This document shows positions 18,513 through 27,308 of a stretch of DNA of 64,000 nucleotides, in pieces. The stretch's first letter is position 1, and each line of letters opens with the position of its first letter. Origin of the DNA: an uncultured Pelagibacteraceae bacterium (GTDB lineage: Bacteria; Pseudomonadota; Alphaproteobacteria; Pelagibacterales; Pelagibacteraceae); contig CABZXV010000001.1 of the NCBI GenBank assembly GCA_902529785.1, forward strand, positions 22,215 to 86,214, in the 5' to 3' direction. Position numbers and translations under genes: made by a program. The notes below the pieces were generated by a model. That model saw nothing but the letters and a program-made list of their open reading frames with translations, searched no databases and was not told the DNA's origin.

Positions 18513-19199
18513 TCAAGCTATATTATTCATCTCGTAAAATTTTTTGACCCTACCCATAAATAAATTTTGATACATCTCCAATTCTGCACCTTCAATTTTA
18601 AATTCTTGAAATAGAATATCTTTTGTACAAAGCAGAATTATGCCTGCTTTCATTTTTGTTCCATGTACGACATCATGAGCCAAAGTATATGCTCCAAGTT
18701 GTAAGAAATAATCTTGAATATAATCTGTTTTTTTAGGTTTATTACTCTGCTTAAAATCTATTATGACATCTTTTCCTTGATAAATTCCAATTAAATCTGC
18801 AGTCCCTGCATATTGCTCTGGATAATAAATAGTTTCTTCCATCCCATAAATTTCATCTAATTTATTATTTACACCTTTTTCAATTATTTCTTTGGCCATA
18901 TTTTTGTATTGTTCATTACTTTCAAAAAAGCTTTCATTAATCCTGCCTCTTAAGTAATCTTCAATATAAGAGTGCATTGATGTTCCTCTTGAAGAAGCTT
19001 CAGTTTTAATTCTATTTGCTTCCTTAAAACCCACCCGTTCCTGCCAATTTTTGATAGCTGCCTTTTCCTCTTCGGATTTAGTAGCAGTTAAAATTGTAGT
19101 AACACTTGGTAGTTTTTCCTCACCTAAGGAATATTTTCTATAACCATCTTCAATTGATCTTGTAGATTTTGGATAAATAAATTTATTACTCCATTTCAT
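18513..19199 (-). CDS. PD-(D/E)XK (RecB-like) exonuclease, MGME1/phage-type
   Basis: Motifs LPSVTTIL, RGTSMH, YAGTADL, IIDFKQS, LQLGAY. Confidence 0.85.
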   Translation of the reverse strand: MKWSNKFIYPKSTRSIEDGYRKYSLGEEKLPSVTTILTATKSEEEKAAIKNWQERVGFKEANRIKTEASSRGTSMHSYIEDYLRGRINESFFESNEQYKNMAKEIIEKGVNNKLDEIYGMEETIYYPEQYAGTADLIGIYQGKDVIIDFKQSNKPKKTDYIQDYFLQLGAYTLAHDVVHGTKMKAGIILLCTKDILFQEFKIEGAELEMYQNLFMGRVKKFYEMNNIA

Positions 19200-19210
19200 T
19201 CATTTAGGCT

Positions 19211-20311
19211 TTAAGAAACTTTTCGTTTTTCATCCTGACCATAACCAGAAATTGGAGATGGAGAACTTGGATCTGGATCATCGTCATCATTAGGATTTTT
19301 TATTGAATCAATACTTCTATTTATTGCTCTTGCATCTTTGCCAAAACTATCAACGACCGACATTGCTTCTTCTAATTTTTTTCTTAAAACTAAAACGTTA
19401 TTAAAATGCATATTAAATCTCGTGCTTATTTTTTTCAAATGATCATATATTTCAGATGCATGCTTTTTAATTCGTAAGCTCTGAAAGCCCATATGAAGTG
19501 ACTGTAAGTAACCAGATAAATTATTAGGGCCCATGATAGTTACTTTATATTTCTTCATTAATTCTTGAGTTAATAATTCTTTTGTAGATGGATCTTGATA
19601 ATTAGCTAATTCTAAAAATAAACTTTCAGTTGGTGCATAAACAATTGCAAAATCAGTTGTTTTTGGTGGTACTATATATTTTTCGTTCACGCTTTTAGCT
19701 TTTTCTTTAAATGCTCTAGCAAGTTTAGTTCTTGCATCAGCCATAGCTTTTTTGTCATCTTCCTGATGAGCATCTTGGATGGTCTTAAATCTTTCAACTG
19801 GAAAGTGGCTATCAACTGGAACCAAAATCCCATCTTGAAGTTTAATTGCAAATTCAACATTTTCACCCGTATCTTCTTTCATTTTCACATTTGATGAATA
19901 TTGGGATGCTGGCAACAAATCCTTAATCAGAGAGCCCAAACTAAACTCAGCTAAGGTTCCATACTTTTTAACACCTGCCAATATTTGATTAATCCCCTTC
20001 TGACTTTCATTCAAATTTTCAACTTGAGCATTAAAGGAAGCTACTTTTTGATCTACTTGAGTTAAAGCATTTGTCATATCTTTTGTTACACCTGATGAAA
20101 GATTATTAAAAGAAGTAGCCATTGAGCTCATAGTGCTATTTATTGTTGTATTTAAAGACTCTTTTAAATTTATAATTTCTTGATTTAGTCTTTGAATCTC
20201 CTGATTTTCCTTCTCATTATGAGACTCATTCTTTGATTTAAAATTCAAATATATAATTAATACTGAACTAATAAGTGAGAGTGAAAGTAAAATAAGAATT
20301 ATAGTATTCAT
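19211..20311 (-). CDS. rmuC: DNA recombination protein RmuC
   Basis: N-terminal TM, coiled coil, KKYGTLAE, PVDSHFP, KYIVPPKTTDFAIVYAPTESLF. Confidence 0.88.
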   Translation of the reverse strand: MNTIILILLSLSLISSVLIIYLNFKSKNESHNEKENQEIQRLNQEIINLKESLNTTINSTMSSMATSFNNLSSGVTKDMTNALTQVDQKVASFNAQVENLNESQKGINQILAGVKKYGTLAEFSLGSLIKDLLPASQYSSNVKMKEDTGENVEFAIKLQDGILVPVDSHFPVERFKTIQDAHQEDDKKAMADARTKLARAFKEKAKSVNEKYIVPPKTTDFAIVYAPTESLFLELANYQDPSTKELLTQELMKKYKVTIMGPNNLSGYLQSLHMGFQSLRIKKHASEIYDHLKKISTRFNMHFNNVLVLRKKLEEAMSVVDSFGKDARAINRSIDSIKNPNDDDDPDPSSPSPISGYGQDEKRKVS

Positions 20312-20355
20312 GATTCGTAGGATATACGTGAAATTTTAAAATTCAATTAGAAAAG

Positions 20356-21033
20356 CTAAGAACTAAGTAAATTTAAAATTTTCTTTAAGCCAATTTCGTT
20401 ACTTGATTTTTTGTTAGACATTAAGATTGCTGTACTTTTAAGAATATTTCCATCTTTTAAAATCCTTAAATTATTTGCACGTAAAGTTTCTCCTGTACTA
20501 GTAATATCCGTCAAAATTTCAGATGAACCAGTAAATGGATATACCTCTGTTGCTCCAAGAGAAGGGACTAATTTAAATTGAGTTACTCCTTTTGAAAATA
20601 AAAATTCTTTGGTCAAATTTGGATATTTTGTTGCAACTCTTAATCTACTTTTCTTTTTATCTTTAAAATCAAAAGATATTTCCTCTAAATCAGCAAGTGT
20701 TTGGACATCTATCCACTCGTCAGGAACCGCTACAACTAGAGTTGCATTTCCGTAACCGAGTTTTTTATTAATAATTACTTTATTTTGAATATTTAATTCA
20801 GACTCTTTTAATAAATCATAACCTGAAAAACCTATATCTAAAGAACCATCCCCTAATCTTTCTATAATTTCTCTTGCATGCAGATATACTATTTTAATTT
20901 TTTTATTTTCTTTTATATATCCAAAAAGGTCTCTTTCTCCTCTTTCTGATAAAATTTTAAGATTTTTATTTTTAAAAATACTTAAAGTATCTTTTCTAAG
21001 CCTACCTTTGCTAGGAATGCCAATTCTAATCAT
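20356..21033 (-). CDS. hisG: ATP phosphoribosyltransferase, short form
   Basis: Motifs GIPSKGRL, RVATKYPNL, GATE, DITSTGETLRANNL. Confidence 0.95.
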   Translation of the reverse strand: MIRIGIPSKGRLRKDTLSIFKNKNLKILSERGERDLFGYIKENKKIKIVYLHAREIIERLGDGSLDIGFSGYDLLKESELNIQNKVIINKKLGYGNATLVVAVPDEWIDVQTLADLEEISFDFKDKKKSRLRVATKYPNLTKEFLFSKGVTQFKLVPSLGATEVYPFTGSSEILTDITSTGETLRANNLRILKDGNILKSTAILMSNKKSSNEIGLKKILNLLSS

Positions 21034-22075
21034 TTAAGTTTATTGCACCTCCTACAGCTGGGACCTTTATTTTAGATCCTAAATCACTAATAAGATTGTC
21101 ATAACGGCCACCATTTACCTCAATTTTTCTTGATTTTACCTTTGTTTGAATTTTAAAAACCATACCTGTGTAATATTCTAAATGTCTGCCGAATGAAGAG
21201 GAAAAATATACATTTAACTTTGAAACTTTATCTGTAGTTATTGGAAAATAATTCTTTCCAACACTAAGATTGATTTTATTTTGTTTAAAAAAAATATTTA
21301 GAGTAGCTGCTGCTTTGCTCATAGGACAACTAATTTTTAAATAATCTCTAATAATTTTTACGACATTTTGGCCTTTTATTTGTCTTCTGGGGTCTCTAAT
21401 TTTATTATCAAACCTCATCAAAATTTCTCTCAAAGTACGTCCTGCAATATTTCTATCTTGATTTTGTTTAAACATTTTCAGATATCTTTTTTTATCAAAT
21501 TCAACGATTGTTTCGTCTACATCTGAGTTAGTCTCTAAGCGTTTCAATAATTCATTAAAATAACTTTCTCTCCAAAAATGTCTTTGTAATCGAAGCCTCC
21601 ATCTTTTTGGAATATCTAATTTATTTATCAATAGATGAAAAATTTCAACATTCCCAATTGTTATACTTCCAGTTTTGTATCTAAATTTATTTATAACTTT
21701 AATACTTGTGTCTATGATTTTTTTATCATCTCTTTTCTCGTCTTTTGACCCTAAAATCTCGAAACCTATTTGATCTCTAATAATTTTATCAGTTTTTTTC
21801 TGAACTTTTCTGAATGCTTGTCCGCTGTAAAAAACTTTTGAAGATTTTTTATTTTTTTGATTAAGATATTTAATACAAGATGCAACAGTTAAATCTGGTC
21901 TCAAACAAATTTCTTTTCCATTCTGATCAACAAATGAAAAAATTAAACTCCTAAATGACTCACCAGATCTTTCAAGAATTAAATTTGTAGGTATGACTGT
22001 GTCTAAATCGATATAATCAAATCCACTCGATTTTAAAGATTTAAGAATATTCTCAGATAAGTTTTTTGACTTCAT
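21026..22075 (-). CDS. hisZ: ATP phosphoribosyltransferase regulatory subunit
   Basis: HisRS-like motifs CLRPDLT, QIGFE, LEYYTGMVF, GGRYD, PAVG; lies between hisS and short hisG. Confidence 0.9.
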   Translation of the reverse strand: MKSKNLSENILKSLKSSGFDYIDLDTVIPTNLILERSGESFRSLIFSFVDQNGKEICLRPDLTVASCIKYLNQKNKKSSKVFYSGQAFRKVQKKTDKIIRDQIGFEILGSKDEKRDDKKIIDTSIKVINKFRYKTGSITIGNVEIFHLLINKLDIPKRWRLRLQRHFWRESYFNELLKRLETNSDVDETIVEFDKKRYLKMFKQNQDRNIAGRTLREILMRFDNKIRDPRRQIKGQNVVKIIRDYLKISCPMSKAAATLNIFFKQNKINLSVGKNYFPITTDKVSKLNVYFSSSFGRHLEYYTGMVFKIQTKVKSRKIEVNGGRYDNLISDLGSKIKVPAVGGAINLND

Positions 22076-23447
22076 TAATTAAATCTTTCTTTGAAAAAGT
22101 TTTATTATTCTCTCCCTTAACACCTTTTAAATTTTTAATTGTCACTGTATTATCTTTAAACTCATTTTCTCCGCAGATAATGGCAACAGGTAATTGGCGT
22201 TTATTTGCAAAAGTAAGTTGTTTACCAAGATTTTTTTTAGAATCTAAAAATATTTCAGCATTAATATTGTTTTGTCTTAAAAGGTCTAAAATTTCATAGT
22301 AATTTTTTAAATATTTTTGGTCCATTACACATACCAAAACGGGTTTTTGTTCATCTAATTGAATTTGGTCTAATTGCATTAATGCAAACAAAAGTCTGTC
22401 TACACCAAAACTTATACCTGTTCCTGGAATATCTACACCTTTAAATCTTGATATAAGCTTAGCGTAAGCTCCACCTGAGCAAATACTGCCGATATCTACT
22501 TCTTTGCCTTTGTTATTTGTAACTTTAAAATTTAAATTTGTCTCTACAATAAAATCAGAATAATAAGCTAAACCTCTCACAATTGTGAAATTGGTTTTTA
22601 CTTGATCTAAACTTGATCCATACCCAAGAACCACAAAAAATTCTTCCAACTCTTTTATTCCCTCTTGTGACAATGGATTTTTTAAGCTTTGTTTCAATTC
22701 TTTTAAATCCTTTATTTTTAGAAATTTTAATATTTGGTCAACCTGCTCATCATTTAAATCTGCACCTTTTGTGATAGCTCCACTAGTATCTTTTCGTTCT
22801 TTTCTTAAGAGATCTTCTACACCTTTTAACCCAAAACCAGGTTTATCAAGTTTATCAATTGCTCTAATAACTTTTAATTGCTTTTCATTAGATATTTTCA
22901 AATCATCTAACAATCCCTGAACTATTTTTCTATTACTTACATTGATTGTAAATTGATCTTTCTTTAGTCCACATTCAAGTAATGCTGCTGAAATTAAGTT
23001 GCAAAGCTCTGCGTTAGCCTGTGATGAATTAACATTTCCAACAATATCAAAATCTGCTTGTAAAAATTCTCTGTATCTTCCATTGCCTGCTTTTTCATTA
23101 CGGAAAACATTTTGGATAGCATACCTTTTATAAATTGAGGGTAAATCTTGATTATATTGAGCAACAAATCTTGCTAAGGGACTAGATAGATCATATCGAA
23201 GAGTAATATTTTTATCTCCATCTTTAAATGAAAATACATCAGACATAGGGTTAGTTTCATCCTCTGCCAAAAATGATCCAATATTTTCACTGATCTCAAA
23301 AGATGGGGTTTCTAGTGGCTCAGCACCAAACTTAATAAAAACATTCTCAATTGCTGATAAAAGCTTTTTTTTGAGAAGGAGTCTTTTATCCCAACGATCT
23401 TCGAACCCTGAGGGTAACCCAGGTATTAATTTATTTTCTTTCTTCAT
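22053..23447 (-). CDS. hisS: Histidyl-tRNA synthetase
   Basis: Motifs LRYDLSSPLAR, GRYREFLQADFD, RGLAYY, GISFGVDR. Confidence 0.95.
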   Translation of the reverse strand: MKKENKLIPGLPSGFEDRWDKRLLLKKKLLSAIENVFIKFGAEPLETPSFEISENIGSFLAEDETNPMSDVFSFKDGDKNITLRYDLSSPLARFVAQYNQDLPSIYKRYAIQNVFRNEKAGNGRYREFLQADFDIVGNVNSSQANAELCNLISAALLECGLKKDQFTINVSNRKIVQGLLDDLKISNEKQLKVIRAIDKLDKPGFGLKGVEDLLRKERKDTSGAITKGADLNDEQVDQILKFLKIKDLKELKQSLKNPLSQEGIKELEEFFVVLGYGSSLDQVKTNFTIVRGLAYYSDFIVETNLNFKVTNNKGKEVDIGSICSGGAYAKLISRFKGVDIPGTGISFGVDRLLFALMQLDQIQLDEQKPVLVCVMDQKYLKNYYEILDLLRQNNINAEIFLDSKKNLGKQLTFANKRQLPVAIICGENEFKDNTVTIKNLKGVKGENNKTFSKKDLINEVKKLI

Positions 23448-23451
23448 TTTT

Positions 23452-23526
23452 TGGTACCCTGGCTTGGGATCGAACCAAAAATTTCAGTTCCACAAACTGA
23501 CGTGATAACCATTTCACCACCAGGGC
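23452..23526 (-). tRNA. tRNA-His(GTG), lacking G-1, A73 discriminator
   Basis: GCCCTGGTGGTGAAATGGTTATCACGTCAGTTTGTGGAACTGAAATTTTTGGTTCGATCCCAAGCCAGGGTACCA; the base at -1 is A. Confidence 0.95.
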
Positions 23527-23574
23527 TTGTTGTTGTTTTATACTAATTAGAGTTAAATTTAAATTTATAAATAG

Positions 23575-23649
23575 TTAAATAGCTAGCTGCAAGCCAGCAT
23601 GAAAATGATGTCTTTTGTGAGATACAAGGATGTAACTATTTATAATCAT
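23575..23649 (-). CDS. Putative histidine leader peptide (24 aa, MIINSYILVSHKRHHFHAGLQLAI)
   Basis: ATG at 23649 to TAA at 23575; four His codons within seven codons; upstream of tRNA-His-hisS-hisZ-hisG; overlaps hairpins. Confidence 0.65.
   Translation of the reverse strand: MIINSYILVSHKRHHFHAGLQLAI
23582..23598 (-). terminator. Candidate attenuator hairpin followed by a U/A-rich tract
   Basis: Minus strand GCUGGCU-UGC-AGCUAGC, then UAUUUAACUAUUUAU. Confidence 0.45.
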
Positions 23650-23684
23650 GAGAGTTAAATAGCATTTTAAACTTAAAATGCAAG
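23650..23684 (-). promoter_or_regulatory. Putative sigma70 promoter for the his leader, with a 20-bp palindrome across its spacer
   Basis: cTTGCAT-N16-TATTTA with an extended -10 TG, 6 nt before the ATG; palindrome GCATTTTAA-AC-TTAAAATGC at 23662-23681. Confidence 0.45.
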
Positions 23685-23690
23685 TATGTA

Positions 23691-23735
23691 TTGTATAGGA
23701 ATATTTATAGGTTTACCTACTATATTCCTATACAA
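23691..23735. repeat. Long inverted repeat downstream of the cold-shock gene (terminator or 3' stabilising hairpin)
   Basis: Perfect 14-bp arms TTGTATAGGAATAT/ATATTCCTATACAA with inner TAGG/CCTA pairing. Confidence 0.7.
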
Positions 23736-23755
23736 AATTTAAAGTGAAATAAATT

Positions 23756-23968
23756 TTAAGATGTTTTCTTTAAATTTACAGCGCTAGGACCTTTATCTCC
23801 ATCCTGAATTTCAAATTCTACAGCGTCGTTCTCATTCAAAAAACGAAGTCCTGCTTCACGAACTGCGCTTGCATGAACGAAACAATCTTTTTCTCCGTCT
23901 TCTCTTTCTATAAAACCGTAGCCCTTCTTACCGTTGAACCACTTTACTTTACCTTTTAATGTACTCAT
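23756..23968 (-). CDS. Cold-shock domain protein (CspA family)
   Basis: RNP1/RNP2 motifs [15 protein letters not shown] and FVHASA; KGPSAVNL. Confidence 0.95.
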   Translation of the reverse strand: MSTLKGKVKWFNGKKGYGFIEREDGEKDCFVHASAVREAGLRFLNENDAVEFEIQDGDKGPSAVNLKKTS

Positions 23969-24085
23969 ACTTTTTGTTTACTCTTTCTTTATTGTATTAA
24001 ACTTAGCTAAACTTCAGCTAGCGGGATAGTTATTAGATTTTAAATTTGAATGCAAGCTTTAATCAAGCGCACTTTTAACAGTTTG

Positions 24086-24161
24086 TGGTGGCTTCGGCGG
24101 GACTCGAACCAGCGACACAAGCCTTTTCAGGGCTCTGCTCTACCAACTGAGCTACGAAGCC
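24086..24161 (-). tRNA. tRNA-Phe(GAA)
   Basis: GGCTTCGTAGCTCAGTTGGTAGAGCAGAGCCCTGAAAAGGCTTGTGTCGCTGGTTCGAGTCCCGCCGAAGCCACCA. Confidence 0.96.
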
Positions 24162-24166
24162 ATATT

Positions 24167-24382
24167 TTAAAACCTAAAAATTATTCTTCCTTTTGTCAAA
24201 TCATAAGGTGTAACTTCAACTGTAACATTGTCACCTTGAAGAACTCGAATTCTATTCTTTCTTAATTTACCTGCAGTGTGTGCTGTCACAATATGATTAT
24301 TTTCAAGCTTTACTCGGAACATCGCATTAGGCAACAAATCTATAACTTTTCCTTTAAATTCCAATAAATCTTGTTTTGACAA
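24167..24382 (-). CDS. infA: Translation initiation factor IF-1
   Basis: Motifs [32 protein letters not shown]; TTG start. Confidence 0.97.
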   Translation of the reverse strand: MSKQDLLEFKGKVIDLLPNAMFRVKLENNHIVTAHTAGKLRKNRIRVLQGDNVTVEVTPYDLTKGRIIFRF

Positions 24383-24387
24383 TTTTT

Positions 24388-25653
24388 TTACTCCATATTT
24401 ATTCTAGATTTTATACTCAAAGCATGACCTTTTAATTCTTCATACTCTGCGAGATGTGTAGCGTATTTTCCTATTTTCTCAACACCTTTTTTTGAGAGCG
24501 TTATAAGGCTAATTTTTTTGTAAAATTCACTCAGACTTAATCCTGAAGAAAATTTAGCTGATGAATTTGTAGGTAATACGTGGTTTGTGCCAACGACATA
24601 ATCACTTAAAGCCATTGGAGAGTACTTACCTATACAGATACTTCCTGCATTAAAAATTTTATCTTTATATTTTTTATAGTTACTTACATTTATCTCTAAA
24701 TGTTCAGGAGCTATCTCATTAATTACATTAATAATTTGCTTATCATTATTAGCTTTAATAATAAGTCCATTATTCTTTATACTTTTGGTAGCAATAATTT
24801 TTCGTGGTATTTTTTTTAATTTTGAAATCAAATCTTTTTTAAATTTTTTAATTAAATTAGAATCTTTTGTAATTAAAATACACTGTGAATTTATATCATG
24901 TTCTGCTTGACCAATCATCGATGTTGTAACTTCATTTAAATTAGTTTTAGCATCTGCTAATACTGTTATTTCAGATGGGCCAGCAATCATACCTTCAATA
25001 CCTACATCTCCAAAAACTTGTCTTTTAGCACCAGCAACGAATATACTTCCTGGACCAACTATTTTATTTACTTTTTGAATATAAGTTAGGCTACCGATTG
25101 CTTGCGCTCCTCCCATAGTATAAATTTCATTAATACCTAATTTCTTTGCTGCATACAAAACTGCTGGATTTAGTTTTCCATTGTTTTTTGGATTTGCTAG
25201 TATTATTTTTTTAACTCCAGCGATTTTTGCGGGAATTGCATTCATCAACAACGTAGAGGGTAAGTTTGCAGGCACATATATTCCTACGGATTGGATTGGA
25301 ACATATTTATATTCTATTTTATTATTTAATTTATCTCTAAAAAAAATATTTTTAGTCTTCTGCTTAAAGTGGAAATTGTGGATTCTTTTGTAAGCAAAAT
25401 CTATAGCCTTTTTAATCTTGGGATCCAGAAATTTAATTGCATTATTTATTTCTTTAACACTAGGCTTTATTTGAGTATTTTTGCTAAATTTTTTTTCATA
25501 TTTTATAAGTGCTTTAATTTTATTTTTCTTAATATCTCTGAGGATCTTAGATATAATTTTATTTTCTGATTTTTTGCCAGATCTTCTACGGTCTAAAAAA
25601 TTTATTAAATTATCTAGATAGTTTTTATTACTACAATTAATTTTTTTTATCAT
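24388..25653 (-). CDS. hisD: Histidinol dehydrogenase
   Basis: Motifs [36 protein letters not shown]. Confidence 0.95.
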   Translation of the reverse strand: MIKKINCSNKNYLDNLINFLDRRRSGKKSENKIISKILRDIKKNKIKALIKYEKKFSKNTQIKPSVKEINNAIKFLDPKIKKAIDFAYKRIHNFHFKQKTKNIFFRDKLNNKIEYKYVPIQSVGIYVPANLPSTLLMNAIPAKIAGVKKIILANPKNNGKLNPAVLYAAKKLGINEIYTMGGAQAIGSLTYIQKVNKIVGPGSIFVAGAKRQVFGDVGIEGMIAGPSEITVLADAKTNLNEVTTSMIGQAEHDINSQCILITKDSNLIKKFKKDLISKLKKIPRKIIATKSIKNNGLIIKANNDKQIINVINEIAPEHLEINVSNYKKYKDKIFNAGSICIGKYSPMALSDYVVGTNHVLPTNSSAKFSSGLSLSEFYKKISLITLSKKGVEKIGKYATHLAEYEELKGHALSIKSRINME

Positions 25654-26047
25654 TTTCTAACTTTTGATCCTCTAGAGTTACTTCTATTATTTCAGCGGAA
25701 AGAGTTATAATTCTATTTTTTGAAAATAACATAATTATTTCAAAATTGTCTTCTTTCTTAAATATATCAATAGTTAGGAGCTCTAATAAAAGATTAGGGT
25801 CTTTTTGGTCTATATTCATAGATTTAGAGGAATTAATAAACTCAAATTTAACAATACTATTTATCAACTTTTCTTTATTTTCCTCTTCTTTACTGTATCT
25901 TGATATAGGCATGAGGAAAATTTTGTTTGAAGCTAAATACTTCACATCTTTGATGCTTACTTTCCCTTCAGAACAGCAAGCTGAGATGATATTAAGATCC
26001 TTGGGAGATTGCGCAATTATCTTTTTTAAATATTGATTTTCCATCAA
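25637..26047 (-). CDS. Conserved alphaproteobacterial protein (DUF2948-like)
   Basis: Motifs DLNIISAC, LELLTI, IEVTLED; conserved position between murA and hisD. Confidence 0.7.
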   Translation of the reverse strand: MMENQYLKKIIAQSPKDLNIISACCSEGKVSIKDVKYLASNKIFLMPISRYSKEEENKEKLINSIVKFEFINSSKSMNIDQKDPNLLLELLTIDIFKKEDNFEIIMLFSKNRIITLSAEIIEVTLEDQKLENDKKN

Positions 26048-27306
26048 CTAATCCGTCTTATATTTACACCTACTTTTCTAAGTTTATTCTCTATTTTCTC
26101 ATACCCTCTATCAAGGTGATAGATTCTATTTATGGTTGATGATCCTTTTGCGACCATAGCGGCTAAGACTAACGCAACTGAGGCTCTAAGATCACTAGAC
26201 ATTAGTTCTGCAGCTTTAAAGTTTGTATTTCCTAAAATAAAAGCCTTATTTTTTTTGATTATAATTTCAGCACCCAATCTTCTTAATTCAGCAACATGCA
26301 TAAATCTATTTTCAAAAATACTTTCTGTTATAGAGCTTTTTCCTTTTGCCTTACATAAAAGGACCATGAATTGTGCTTGCAAATCTGTTGGAAAGTTTGG
26401 ATATTCTTTAGTTACTAAATTACTAATATTTTTAATTTTTTTAGGACCTATTATATGTATTTGTTTTTGACTTGTTTTAATTATAGCCCCAACCTTATTT
26501 AGCAACGATAGCTCTTTTTTTATGATTTTTGGATTAAGGTTATTTATTTTTAAATTTCCAGCAGTCAAACATGCTGCTACACAAAAAGTCCCCGCTTCTA
26601 TTCTATCAGGCATTACTGAATAACTAGTTTTTTTTAAAGTTTTGACTCCTTCTATTCTTAAAGTACGCTTACCAATAAATTTTATTTTTGCTCCACCTGA
26701 CTGTAAAAAATTTATTAAATCTATTATTTCTGGCTCAATTGCACAATTTCTCAAGATCGTAATTCCATTAGCTAAACATGCTGCTATAATTGTATTTTCT
26801 GTAGCTCCAACACTAATTTTTGAAAATCTTATTTTCGCACCTTGGAGTTTTCCTTTAGTATTTGCGTGTATATAACCTTTTTTAATTTCGTAATTCATTC
26901 CAAGTTTTTTAAGCGCATTCAGGTGATAATTAACTGGTCTTGCCCCAATCAAGCAGCCCCCTGGTAAAGATGTTATAGATCTTTGATACTTAGCAACTAG
27001 TGCACCCAAAACTAATATCCCGGCCCTCATTGTTCTTACAAGAGAATATGATGCAAAAATCTTACATTTTTTTTTCTTAGTTATTGTTACAATTTTTTTA
27101 TCTTTGCTAAATTTTATTATTGATCCAAGAGATTTTAGAAGATTAATCATTGTATCTATATCTTTAACCCTAGGTAAATTTTTAATTATAACTTCTTTTT
27201 CAAATAAAATTGTTGATGCCAAAATTGGTAAAGCAGCATTTTTTGACCCTGAAATTGCTACCTCACCCTTTAATTTGCTAGGGCCTTTAACAATAAATTT
27301 GTCCAT
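26044..27306 (-). CDS. murA: UDP-N-acetylglucosamine 1-carboxyvinyltransferase
   Basis: Motifs SGSKNAALP, LPGGCLIGARP, SVGATEN, FPTDLQAQ, FENRF, HLDRGYE. Confidence 0.97.
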   Translation of the reverse strand: MDKFIVKGPSKLKGEVAISGSKNAALPILASTILFEKEVIIKNLPRVKDIDTMINLLKSLGSIIKFSKDKKIVTITKKKKCKIFASYSLVRTMRAGILVLGALVAKYQRSITSLPGGCLIGARPVNYHLNALKKLGMNYEIKKGYIHANTKGKLQGAKIRFSKISVGATENTIIAACLANGITILRNCAIEPEIIDLINFLQSGGAKIKFIGKRTLRIEGVKTLKKTSYSVMPDRIEAGTFCVAACLTAGNLKINNLNPKIIKKELSLLNKVGAIIKTSQKQIHIIGPKKIKNISNLVTKEYPNFPTDLQAQFMVLLCKAKGKSSITESIFENRFMHVAELRRLGAEIIIKKNKAFILGNTNFKAAELMSSDLRASVALVLAAMVAKGSSTINRIYHLDRGYEKIENKLRKVGVNIRRIS

Positions 27307-27308
27307 TC

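Noticed and set aside
16955-20311. Prophage or genomic island around the phage-like nuclease
   Set aside because: No integrase, structural genes, att repeats or obvious compositional shift. No duplicated tRNA 3' ends were seen near any of the four tRNAs.
23599-23658. Plus-strand 19-codon ORF MKMMSFVRYKDVTIYNHES
   Set aside because: It is the in-register antisense of the His leader (CAT codons read as ATG), with no independent support.
23550-23735. Repeated AGTTAAAT(AGC) units and hairpins resembling a mini-CRISPR or tracrRNA
   Set aside because: The repeats are only 8-11 bp and irregularly spaced, and there are no cas genes. The PD-(D/E)XK protein lacks Cas4 cysteines.
24050-24265. 71-aa plus-strand ORF
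   Set aside because: It is the antisense reading of tRNA-Phe and infA.
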